Assembly: GCA_963667465.2 (NCBI GenBank)
Contig: CAXXDN010000001.1
Span: 512,001 to 576,000 of the forward strand
Source of the DNA: Dehalococcoidia bacterium
GTDB lineage: Bacteria > Chloroflexota > Dehalococcoidia > UBA2979
Direction of reading: 5' to 3'
DNA: 64,000 nucleotides
The position numbers were made by a program, and so were the translations under genes. How positions within the stretch are numbered: the stretch's first letter is position 1; the number at the start of each line of letters is the position of its first letter. This document shows, piece by piece, positions 20,725-28,859 of this stretch. The notes under the pieces are model-generated. The model was not told the origin of the DNA and ran no database searches. It saw nothing but the letters and a program-made list of their open reading frames with translations.

Positions 20725-21258
20725 TCAGACGATCGAGTCGCTCTTCTGCCGGTTACAGTCTCCACACAGGATCTGGATGTTGTCGATCGCGTTGCCGCCG
20801 CCCTTCGCAACCGGGATGACGTGGTCAAACTGCAACTCGTCCTCGCTACCGCACTGTACGCAGCGGCCGGCGTCGCGCTCCCAGACGAACGCGCGCACCT
20901 CGTCGGGGATGCGCTCGCGGCGGGCCGACGCGACCTCCTCGTCCCGCGCGCGGATCTTGCGCAGGCGGTCCAGCCGCGAGTCCTGCCGCCGCTGGCGATC
21001 CCAGACGAGGAGCTCGACGTCCTCGCCCGACAGCTCCGGATCGGCCCAGAACAGCCCCGCGTTCGTCCACCACAGCACGCGCTCGTCCTCGCGACCGATC
21101 CGGACCGCGCCCGCCGCCTCGAGCTCCCTGGAGGCGCGTCGGTACTCGCTGTTGGTGAGGTCGAAGTAGCGGGTCTTCGCGGTAAAGAACTTCCAGTTGG
21201 TGAAGACCCAGAAGCCGCTTTTCTCGATCCGCCCACTGCTGACCTTCCTGAGGCTCAT
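20725..21258 (-). CDS. HNH endonuclease with uncharacterised N-terminal domain
   Basis: VWERDAGRCVQCG, FDHVIP..KGG, NIQILCGDCNRQK. Confidence 0.88.
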   Translation of the reverse strand: MSLRKVSSGRIEKSGFWVFTNWKFFTAKTRYFDLTNSEYRRASRELEAAGAVRIGREDERVLWWTNAGLFWADPELSGEDVELLVWDRQRRQDSRLDRLRKIRARDEEVASARRERIPDEVRAFVWERDAGRCVQCGSEDELQFDHVIPVAKGGGNAIDNIQILCGDCNRQKSDSIV

Positions 21259-21268
21259 GTCGCCCCTC

Positions 21269-21808
21269 TCAGTACGTCACCAGCGACGTTACCCCGTGCG
21301 GGGCCAGCCGGTCGCGTCCGCCGAGCTCGGCGAGCTCGACGACAAAGGCGAAGCCGGCCACCTCGCCGCCGAGCTTGGCGACCAGCTGCGCCGCCGCCTC
21401 GGCGGTCCCGCCGGTCGCGATCAGATCGTCGACGATCGCGACGCGGTGGCCGTCCACGGAGGGGTCGCGATGCGCCTCGAGCGACGCGCTCCCGTACTCC
21501 AGCTCGTAGGCGACGGAGGCCCGTTCGGCGGGCAGCTTGCCCGGCTTGCGCATCGGCACGAACGGCACGCCGAGGCGCTCCGCGACCGGCACGCCGAAGA
21601 TGAAGCCGCGCGCCTCGATCCCGGCGATGAGGGTCGCGCCGTAGTCGCGCGCCACCGCGGCGAGGGCGTCGTTGGTTTCGCGCAGGCCGGCGGGGTCGTG
21701 CAGCAGCGGCGTGATGTCGCGGAAGAGGATGCCGGGCTCCGGGAAGTCCGGGATCGCGCGGATCAGCGCGCGCAGGCGTTCGCCGTCCAGCGGGGCAGAT
21801 GCCGTCAT
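21269..21808 (-). CDS. apt: Adenine phosphoribosyltransferase
   Basis: Start reassigned to ATG 21808. PDFPEPGILFRDIT, EARGF, RKPGKLP, VDDLIATGGT. Confidence 0.96.
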   Translation of the reverse strand: MTASAPLDGERLRALIRAIPDFPEPGILFRDITPLLHDPAGLRETNDALAAVARDYGATLIAGIEARGFIFGVPVAERLGVPFVPMRKPGKLPAERASVAYELEYGSASLEAHRDPSVDGHRVAIVDDLIATGGTAEAAAQLVAKLGGEVAGFAFVVELAELGGRDRLAPHGVTSLVTY

Positions 21809-21895
21809 GCGTCGATGCTGAGCCGCGCCGCGAACCGGGTCAAGCGCGCCCGGCTGCCTGTCCGTCGCTCGCGGCGTGGTGCTAGCATCGCGCGA

Positions 21896-22711
21896 ATGCT
21901 GGAGCCACCCGTCGACCCCTTCGCGCAGATCGCGCCCTTCTACGACCTCGATCTCGAGGGCTTCGACGACGATCTTGCGCTCTATCTCGCGCTCGCCGAC
22001 CGAGCGGCGGCGCGCGACAGCGGCGAGGACGTGCTGGAGCTTGGCTGCGGCACCGGCCGCGTCGCCCACGCCCTCGCCGGCGCCGGGTTCGGCGTCGCTG
22101 GCGTCGACTACAGCGCGGCGATGATCGAGGCCGCCCGCGTGCGCACCGAGGGCCTGCCCGTCCGCCTCGTCGAGGGCGACATGCGCAGCCTCGCGCTCGC
22201 TGAGCGATACGGCCTTGTGCTGATCCCGCTCGGCGGCCTCCAGCATCTCGAGACGACCGAGGACATCGCGGCGGCCTTCGCCAGCGTCGCCGTGCATCTC
22301 GCGCCCGACGGGATCGCGGCCGTCGACGTCGAGGCGCCGCACGCCGACGACTGGCTGCCGGGTCCGCGCCCGCTGGTCGAGCACTGGACGCGCGCGCTGC
22401 CCTGTGAGGACGGCGACGCGCGGGTGACGAAGCTTGTCGCCGTCGAGGGCGTGCCGAGCGAGTCGCTGCGCCTCGTGACGTGGCACTTCGACGTCCAGCC
22501 GCCGTCCGGGCCGCTGCGCCGCGTCACGCAGCAGTTCGCGCTGCGCGTCATCACCGCGGGCGAGATCGAGCTGGCCGCGCGCCTTGCCGGCCTGCGGGTC
22601 GACGCCTGGTACGGCGACTACGAGGGCGGCCCGCCGCGCGACGGCGACGAGCGGCTGATCGCCGTGCTCTCGCACGACGCGGACGCCGCCGAGCCGGGGG
22701 ACGCGCCGTGA
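21896..22711 (+). CDS. Class I SAM-dependent methyltransferase
   Basis: Start reassigned to ATG 21896. VLELGCGTGR, GVDYS..M, GDMR. Confidence 0.85.
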   Translation: MLEPPVDPFAQIAPFYDLDLEGFDDDLALYLALADRAAARDSGEDVLELGCGTGRVAHALAGAGFGVAGVDYSAAMIEAARVRTEGLPVRLVEGDMRSLALAERYGLVLIPLGGLQHLETTEDIAAAFASVAVHLAPDGIAAVDVEAPHADDWLPGPRPLVEHWTRALPCEDGDARVTKLVAVEGVPSESLRLVTWHFDVQPPSGPLRRVTQQFALRVITAGEIELAARLAGLRVDAWYGDYEGGPPRDGDERLIAVLSHDADAAEPGDAP

Positions 22712-23709
22712 CCCGCATCGCGCTCGATGGGATGGGCGGCGATTTCGCGCCCGCGGCGACGGCCGAGGGCGCGATCACGGCGGCTCGCGAGGGCATCCAG
22801 GTCGCTCTCGTCGGTGACGGGCAGCGTCTCCAGGCTGAGATCGAGCGGCTTGGCGGCGCGCCTGCGGGGCTGCGCGTGGTACACGCCCCGGACGTGATCG
22901 AGATGGGGGACCAGGCGGCTCGCGAGGCGGTCCGCCGCAAGGCGTCCTCGGCGTATGTGGGCGTCCGGCTCGTCCACGACGGCGAGGCGGACGCTTTCGT
23001 CTCGGCCGGCAACACGGGCGCCGTCTTCGTCGTTGCCCTGCTCGTGCTGGGGCGGCTGCCGGGCGTCGAGCGGCCTGCGATCGGCGCGCCGATTCCCTTC
23101 CCGAAGGGAATCACGCTACTGCTCGACGCCGGGGCGAACGCGGAGTGCCGCGCCTCCCACCTCGTGCAGTTCGCGCACCTCGGCAGCAGCTACATGCGCG
23201 CCGCGCGCGGCGTGGCCGAGCCGCGGGTCGGCCTGCTCAACATCGGCGAGGAGGGCAACAAGGGGTCGCCGCTCACCATCGAGACGTACGAACGACTCAG
23301 CGAGTCCGGCCTGCGCTTCGTCGGCAACATCGAGGGGCGCGACCTGGTCGAGAACCGCGCCGACGTGGCGGTGACGGACGGCTTTACGGGCAATGTCGTG
23401 CTCAAGCTCGGCGAGGGCCTGATGGAGCTGCTGATGGGCGAGCTGCGGAGTGCCGTTGAGACCTCCTGGCGAGGCCGCCTCGGCGGGCTGCTGATTCGCC
23501 CGGCGGCGCGCAAGGTGCGCGATTCGCTGGACTACCGCGCGCACGGCGCCGCGCCGCTGCTGGGTATCGACGGCTCCGTCTTCATCGCGCACGGCACGAG
23601 CGACGCCTTCGCGATCGCGAACGCGCTGCGCAGCGCCGCCGCCGATGTGGAGCGCGGCGCGCTTGCCGCGCTGCGCGGCGCGATGGAGGCGCAGTCCGGC
23701 GGGGAGTAG
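22708..23709 (+). CDS. plsX: Phosphate acyltransferase PlsX
   Basis: GTG start. IALDGMGGDFAP, SAGNTGA, LDAGAN, LNIGEE..KG, DGFTGN..LK. Confidence 0.95.
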   Translation: MTRIALDGMGGDFAPAATAEGAITAAREGIQVALVGDGQRLQAEIERLGGAPAGLRVVHAPDVIEMGDQAAREAVRRKASSAYVGVRLVHDGEADAFVSAGNTGAVFVVALLVLGRLPGVERPAIGAPIPFPKGITLLLDAGANAECRASHLVQFAHLGSSYMRAARGVAEPRVGLLNIGEEGNKGSPLTIETYERLSESGLRFVGNIEGRDLVENRADVAVTDGFTGNVVLKLGEGLMELLMGELRSAVETSWRGRLGGLLIRPAARKVRDSLDYRAHGAAPLLGIDGSVFIAHGTSDAFAIANALRSAAADVERGALAALRGAMEAQSGGE

Positions 23710-23808
23710 CAGGGCTCCGGCCGCAGTCAGGCGGGCGCGCGCTGGCGCTGCGTGAGATACTGGATCGAGGCCCGACGGGTGCCGGTGACTGAAGGGGGAA
23801 TGCACGCC

Positions 23809-24135
23809 ATGGCGATGCCGACCGACACGACGGACGCGACGTTCAACTCGGACGTGATCGAGAACGATGACCCGGTGCTGGTCGACTTCTGGGCGCCCTG
23901 GTGCGGTCCCTGCCGCATGGTCGCCCCGATCGTCGAGGAGCTCGCCGAGGAGTACGACGGCCGCGTGAAGTTCGTGAAGCTCAACACCGACGAGAACCCG
24001 ATGACCGCCGGCCAGTACGGGATCCGCTCGATCCCCACACTGCTCGTCTTCAAGGGCGGCGAGCCGGTCGGCCAGATCGTCGGCTTCCGCCCCAAGGGCG
24101 ACCTCGCGAAGCAGCTCGACGCCGCGCTGGTGTAG
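23809..24135 (+). CDS. trxA: Thioredoxin
   Basis: VDFWAPWCGPC and SIPT; SD GAAGGGG upstream. Confidence 0.96.
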   Translation: MAMPTDTTDATFNSDVIENDDPVLVDFWAPWCGPCRMVAPIVEELAEEYDGRVKFVKLNTDENPMTAGQYGIRSIPTLLVFKGGEPVGQIVGFRPKGDLAKQLDAALV

Positions 24136-24166
24136 CCCGCGCGGCGCACAAGAGCCCGAAGCTGAA

Positions 24167-24199
24167 ACGGGCGCCCCGCCAGTTGGCGAGGGCGCCCGT
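24167..24199. terminator. GC-rich hairpin after trxA (putative terminator)
   Basis: ACGGGCGCCC-CGCCA-GT-TGGCG-A-GGGCGCCCGT inverted repeat between convergent genes. Confidence 0.5.
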
Positions 24200-24226
24200 C
24201 GCGTGTCGGCGGCGCGCGCCGCCGCC
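24185..24226. repeat. 42-bp direct repeat, copy 1 (copy 2 at 24876-24917)
   Basis: GGCGAGGGCGCCCGTCG(C/T)GTG(T/G)CGGCGGCGCGCGCCGCCGCC; 2 mismatches between copies. Confidence 0.85.
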
Positions 24227-24291
24227 GCGACGGAGCGGCGGCCTCCGCTCTGCCCCGGCGGGACTGGCCGACGGCAGGCGCGGAGCCCCGC

Positions 24292-24855
24292 TCAGAAGTA
24301 CTTCTCGCTGCCGCCGTAGCCCAGTTGCCTCCCCCGCTCCGTAGCCTTGATGAAACTCCGCAGGCGGCTTTCGAACACCTCCGGGCGCGCCCTGCCGGTA
24401 TCGATGTACGCCACGCGGATGCGGCGGTATGCGGCGGAGAAGCCCTCGTAGTGCGTCCACGCCTGATCGTTCGCCCGGATCGCGTCGAGGATGTCCTCAG
24501 GGAACACGAACTCCTCGCGCAGCACCTCCTCGACCGGCGCGCGAACGGAGGGGTGCAGCAACCCTTCGCCGGCAAGCCAGCGCAGTCGTTCCCTGTTCAG
24601 CTGGGAGTAGCGGCTGCCCCGCCTCCTCGGCGAGAACCGCTGCGCGGCCCGCAGCTCGTCCGGCTTCTTCACGATGCTGTCGATCCAGCCGAAGCAGAGC
24701 GCTTCCTCCACCGCGTCGTTGTAGGGAATGCGCGGTTCGCCCGACGCCTTGTTCGGGTAGACAAGCCAGATCTCAGGCGCCGTGCCGAAGTTCGCCTCCA
24801 GCCAGCGGCGCCACTCCGTGCGGCCGGTGACGTAGAGCGTCTCCCCGATCTCCAT
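24292..24855 (-). CDS. YdeI/OmpD-associated family protein
   Basis: WRRWLEAN...EIWLV, AVEEALCFGWIDS, QRFSPRR..S..S..N. Confidence 0.85.
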   Translation of the reverse strand: MEIGETLYVTGRTEWRRWLEANFGTAPEIWLVYPNKASGEPRIPYNDAVEEALCFGWIDSIVKKPDELRAAQRFSPRRRGSRYSQLNRERLRWLAGEGLLHPSVRAPVEEVLREEFVFPEDILDAIRANDQAWTHYEGFSAAYRRIRVAYIDTGRARPEVFESRLRSFIKATERGRQLGYGGSEKYF

Positions 24856-24875
24856 CGCGTGCTTCCTCGGCCGGC

Positions 24876-24917
24876 GGCGAGGGCGCCCGTCGTGTGGCGG
24901 CGGCGCGCGCCGCCGCC
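24876..24917. repeat. 42-bp direct repeat, copy 2, with palindrome GGCGGCGGCGCGCGCCGCCGCC
   Basis: Matches 24185-24226; immediately after the FTR stop codon. Confidence 0.85.
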
Positions 24918-24919
24918 CG

Positions 24920-25360
24920 TTACTTCTCGATCTTGCGGCCCTGCTTCTCCTCGAGGCGTGCGAGGGCGCGCCCCTTGTCGGGGTGCGGGTCCTTCACGAG
25001 GCCGTAGATCTCGCGGCCCTCGTGGTCTTCTGGCAGGTGTTCGGTGATGGGAAGACCTTCCTCATTACAGAACAGCAGTCAGTGGCAGTATTTGTACTTC
25101 TGCATCTCCTCGCAGGCGCAGATCCAGGTGCTGCGCTTCACCTCTTCCTCTTTGTCCTCGTAGAAGTTACAGGGGCAGAGCGGACGCCCGAGGTCGTCGA
25201 CGTGCTTGGCGAGGCCGATTACGAGGAACTCGGTGATCTCGCGCTGCGGGTGGAGGTATGAGCCGCTCTTCTCCGCGAACTTCTCCGCGAACTTCCACAT
25301 CTTATCGAGCGATTTCCCGGACGCCTGCATGCGGTCCGCATCGGTCGGTTGCTCGACCAT
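24920..25360 (-). CDS. Ferredoxin:thioredoxin reductase catalytic subunit, probable selenoprotein (TGA at 25079-25081 read as Sec94; 146 aa)
   Basis: CPC-x16-CAC-x8-CH-TGA matches the FTR motif CPC-x16-CPC-x8-CHC. The frame continues LLFCNEEG...KIEK to TAA at 24920. A SECIS-like hairpin follows the TGA. Confidence 0.88.
25038..25074 (-). promoter_or_regulatory. Bacterial SECIS-like element
   Basis: mRNA UGUUC..AUG-A-GGAA-GGUC-UUCC-CAU..GAACA; the apical GGUC loop starts 21 nt after the UGA. Confidence 0.75.
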
Positions 25361-25441
25361 GACACCTCTCCGTCCGTCCCGCTCGCGCTGCGGATCGAGC
25401 GTACCACGGCCGGCGGCCCGCGCCCTGATTCGCTCCGTTCG

Positions 25442-25470
25442 TTGACAGTTGCGCGGCCCGCCGTGACCAT
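25442..25470 (+). promoter_or_regulatory. Sigma70-type promoter for an apparently leaderless transcript
   Basis: TTGACA, 17-nt spacer, GACCAT, then GTG 7 nt later. Confidence 0.6.
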
Positions 25471-25477
25471 CCGGGCC

Positions 25478-26488
25478 GTGAGCGACGCCCCCTTCCTCGC
25501 CGTCCAGACCGAAACGTCCGACCAGGACCGCTACGCGATCGAACGCTCGATCATCGAGGCTGCCGGCGGGCGGCTGGTCGTGGCGCAGGCGGGGGGCGAG
25601 GACGAGCGCATCGAGCTGCTGCGCGAGGCGCAGGCGGTGCTCGTCAGCTCCGCGCAGATCAACCGGCGCGTGATCGAGGGGTCGCCGCGGCTCCAGCTGA
25701 TCATTCGCTACGGCGTCGGCCTCGATACGCTCGACATCCCTGCGGCGACCGAGCACGGCGTCGTTGTCGCGCACTACCCGGACTTTTGTCAGCCGGAGGT
25801 CGCGAACCACGCGATCATGCTGCTGCTTGCCGTCGCCAAGAAGCTGGTCGTGCACGACCGCGCGATCCGCGCCGGCCGCTGGGGCAGCGTCGACCGCGCC
25901 CCCGCCCCCGCGATCCACGGCCAGACGCTCGGCCTGATCTCCTTCGGCGCGATCGCCCGCGAGGTCGCCGTGCGTGCGCGGGCCCTCGGCATGACCGTGA
26001 CCGCCTACGACCCCTACGAGGGGGCCGCGACCTTCGAGGCCTGCGGCGTCCGGCGCGCCGAGAGCCTCAAGGAACTGCTGCGAGGCGCCGACCATGTCTC
26101 GGCGCACCCGCCGCTGACGGCGGAGACGCGCGGCATGATGGGCGCGGAGCAGTTCGCGCTGATGAAGCCGGGCGCGATCTTCCTCAACACCTCGCGCGGG
26201 CCGGTACACGACGAGGCGGCGTTGATCGCCGCCCTCGAGACAGGCGAGATTGGCGGTGCGGGCCTCGATGTATTCGAGTCGGAGCCGCTGGCGGAGGACT
26301 CGCCGCTGCTGGCGATGGACAACGTGGTGCTGACGCCACACTCCGCCTCGTACTCGGACCTCGCGTTCCAGCGGATGAAGGAGCGCGTCGGCAACACGGT
26401 GGTGTCGGTGCTGCGGGGGCGCTGGCCCGCGGAGTTCGCGGCGCTGCCGAACCGGCAAGCGGTCACGCCACGCGTGCCGCTCGAGTAG
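25478..26488 (+). CDS. D-2-hydroxyacid dehydrogenase (CtBP-like)
   Basis: RYGVG.D, EVANHA, FGAIAREVA, NTSRG, GLDV...EP, LTPHSA. Confidence 0.88.
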   Translation: MSDAPFLAVQTETSDQDRYAIERSIIEAAGGRLVVAQAGGEDERIELLREAQAVLVSSAQINRRVIEGSPRLQLIIRYGVGLDTLDIPAATEHGVVVAHYPDFCQPEVANHAIMLLLAVAKKLVVHDRAIRAGRWGSVDRAPAPAIHGQTLGLISFGAIAREVAVRARALGMTVTAYDPYEGAATFEACGVRRAESLKELLRGADHVSAHPPLTAETRGMMGAEQFALMKPGAIFLNTSRGPVHDEAALIAALETGEIGGAGLDVFESEPLAEDSPLLAMDNVVLTPHSASYSDLAFQRMKERVGNTVVSVLRGRWPAEFAALPNRQAVTPRVPLE

Positions 26489-26549
26489 CGCGCCGCGGGA
26501 CGCACGAAGCGCAAGCACGCGCCCGCGGGCGCTTGGGAGGAGACACGAA

Positions 26550-27338
26550 ATGCGACCGAACAAGGTGCTGCGAGCATGGCGTGAGGGACGGCAGACCATC
26601 GGCGGCTGGCTGTCCACGCCCTCGGGACACTCCGCCGAGGTGATGGCCAACCTCGGCTTCGACTGGCTCTGCATCGACATGCAGCATGGGGCGGTCGACT
26701 ACTCCGATGTGATCGAGATGTGTCGCGCGATCTCGACCACGGAGACCACGCCGTTCGTGCGCGTCCCCTGGAACGACCCGGCGATGATCATGAAGGTGCT
26801 CGACGCCGGCGCCTACGGCGTGATCGTCCCCCTCGTGAACAACCGCGAGGAGGCCGAGCTGGCTGTCTGGTCCTGCCGCTACCCGCCGGACGGTGGGCGT
26901 TCCTCGGGCCCCACGCGCGCCGCGATGTACGGCGGCGCCGGCTACCAGGACGAGGCCAACGACGAGATCGCCGTGATCTGCATGATCGAGACCGAAGAGG
27001 CGCTCGAGAATCTCGACGAGATCCTCTCCACGCCCGGTGTGGACTGCGCCTACATCGGACCGTCCGACCTCGCCTATGCGATCGGCATCACGCCGACCGG
27101 CGACAACGCCGACCCGAAGCACCAGGAGACGGTGCTGGGCATCCTCGAGGCCTGCCGGCGGCACGGCGTCGCCGCGGGCGTCCACACCGGCAGCCTGGAG
27201 TACACGGTGAAGTGGCTGCAGGCGGGCTTCGACACGGCGATGCTCAACAACGACGTCGGCTTCATCCGCCAGGCGGCGGGCTCGCAGCTCGCCGAGGCGC
27301 GCTCCACTACCGGCGTCGCCAACGTTCACGAGGCGTAG
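26550..27338 (+). CDS. HpcH/HpaI-family aldolase
   Basis: DWLCIDMQHG, LDAGA.GVIVP, MIET, IGPSDL. Confidence 0.88.
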   Translation: MRPNKVLRAWREGRQTIGGWLSTPSGHSAEVMANLGFDWLCIDMQHGAVDYSDVIEMCRAISTTETTPFVRVPWNDPAMIMKVLDAGAYGVIVPLVNNREEAELAVWSCRYPPDGGRSSGPTRAAMYGGAGYQDEANDEIAVICMIETEEALENLDEILSTPGVDCAYIGPSDLAYAIGITPTGDNADPKHQETVLGILEACRRHGVAAGVHTGSLEYTVKWLQAGFDTAMLNNDVGFIRQAAGSQLAEARSTTGVANVHEA

Positions 27339-27341
27339 CCG

Positions 27342-28457
27342 TTGCCGGTTGTCGCGCCCGACGATCTGCGGCGCTACCTCGCGCGCATCTTCGAGGCGAC
27401 CGGCGCCCCCGCGGATGACGCCCGGGAGGTCGCCGGCCACCTTGTGGAGGCGAACCTCAAGGGCCACGACTCGCACGGCGTGATTCGCACCGCGCCGTAC
27501 ATCCTGTCGGTGCAGGAAGGCCGTGTCCGGCCGGGGGCGCCGACCGCGGTCGAGCGCGAGACGGAGACGACGGCGCTCGTCAACGGCAACTGGAACTTCG
27601 GGCAGGTCGTCGCCCGCGACGCGATGGCGATCGCGGTCGCCAAGGCGCGTGCGCAAGGCCTCGCGGCGGTTGGCGGCTACCAGGCGGCGCATATCGGGCG
27701 TGCGGGCGCCTACGGCGAGCAGGCCGCGGCGCAGGGCATGGTGGCGCTCGGCTGGGTCAACGGGCACGGCGCCAGCGCCTTCGTCGCCCCGTTCGGTGGC
27801 ACGGCGAGGCGGCTCGCCACCAACCCGCTTTTCGTCGCCGCGCCAACCGGCGACCCGGAGGCCCCGTTCGTGCTCGACATGGCGACGCCGGTGATCGCCG
27901 AGGGCAAGGTGCGGGTGGCGCGCAACCGCGACGCCGCGCTGCCGCCCGGTCGCATCATCGACGGCGACGGTCGGCCCTCGACGGACCCGCACGACCTCTA
28001 CGGCGGCGACCCGCCGGGGTCGAGGGCGGAGGGCGCGCTGCTGCCGCTCGGCGTCGCGCCGGACTACGGGGCTGGCGGTGACGGCGGCGTCGGCCACAAG
28101 GGCTACGCGCTCGCGCTCGCCATCGATCTGCTCGGCGGCGCGCTAACCGGGGCGGGCGCGACCAGTAGCAGCGGAAGCCGCGGCAACGGCTTCCTCTTCA
28201 TCGTCGTCGACCCCGAGCGCTTCGTCGGCCTCGAAGGCCTCGAGGGCGAACTCGCGAGCCTGCTCGGCTACGTGAAGCAGCCTCCATACGCCGAGGGCTT
28301 CGACGAGATCCTGACGCCGGGCGAGCCGGAACGCCGCCGCATGGCCGAGCGCCGCGACGGCATCCCCCTCGAGGACGCGACCTGGCAGCAGATCGCCGAG
28401 GCGGCCGCCTCGGTCGGCGTCGGTCCGTATGACGGGAAGATCGTCGAGGGCGGCTAA
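27342..28457 (+). CDS. Type 2 malate/L-lactate dehydrogenase family oxidoreductase (Ldh_2)
   Basis: GHDSHG, HIGRAG, TNP, LDMAT, GHKGYAL, PGEPE. Confidence 0.88.
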   Translation: MPVVAPDDLRRYLARIFEATGAPADDAREVAGHLVEANLKGHDSHGVIRTAPYILSVQEGRVRPGAPTAVERETETTALVNGNWNFGQVVARDAMAIAVAKARAQGLAAVGGYQAAHIGRAGAYGEQAAAQGMVALGWVNGHGASAFVAPFGGTARRLATNPLFVAAPTGDPEAPFVLDMATPVIAEGKVRVARNRDAALPPGRIIDGDGRPSTDPHDLYGGDPPGSRAEGALLPLGVAPDYGAGGDGGVGHKGYALALAIDLLGGALTGAGATSSSGSRGNGFLFIVVDPERFVGLEGLEGELASLLGYVKQPPYAEGFDEILTPGEPERRRMAERRDGIPLEDATWQQIAEAAASVGVGPYDGKIVEGG

Positions 28458-28846
28458 CTGGAGCTGTTGTCCAGCGTCAGCGGGTTCTCGCCGATCAGGT
28501 GGTCCGGCGCCGGGCGGCCCTGGCCCAGGTCCTCGGCGATGACGCGATCGAGGGCGTCCGGGGTCAGGCCCGCGTACCAGCGGCCCTCGGGGTAGACTAC
28601 GGCCACGGGCCCGCTCTCGCAGATGCGCAGGCAGCCGGCCTTCGTGCGGTAGATCGGGGGCCGGTCGCCCTCGGCGTTCAGTTCGCCGACGCGGCGCTTC
28701 AGCCGCGCCCAGGCGGCGGCGCCCTCCTTCTTCGTGCAGCAGTCCGGACCGATGCAGATGAAGACGTGGCGACCGTAGCCGCCCACGCCGCGCCGTTCCG
28801 CCTCGGCGCGTGCGTTCGACAGAGCCTTGTTCGTCTTGTCTGCCAT
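28454..28846 (-). CDS. Thioredoxin-like [2Fe-2S] ferredoxin
   Basis: HVFICIGPDCC and GCLRICESGP...VYPEG.WY. Confidence 0.85.
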   Translation of the reverse strand: MADKTNKALSNARAEAERRGVGGYGRHVFICIGPDCCTKKEGAAAWARLKRRVGELNAEGDRPPIYRTKAGCLRICESGPVAVVYPEGRWYAGLTPDALDRVIAEDLGQGRPAPDHLIGENPLTLDNSSS

Positions 28847-28859
28847 GCGTCCCTCGCCT

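Noticed and set aside
24920-25360. FTR as a nonsense-mutated pseudogene
   Set aside because: The stop is TGA exactly at a catalytic Cys, the frame stays intact afterwards, and a SECIS-like hairpin follows. Sec is the simpler explanation, pending a check for sel genes.
25079-26680. 533-aa minus-strand ORF as a single protein
   Set aside because: Most of it is antisense to the hydroxyacid dehydrogenase. Only the part from ATG 25360 is FTR-like, and it reads through the TGA.
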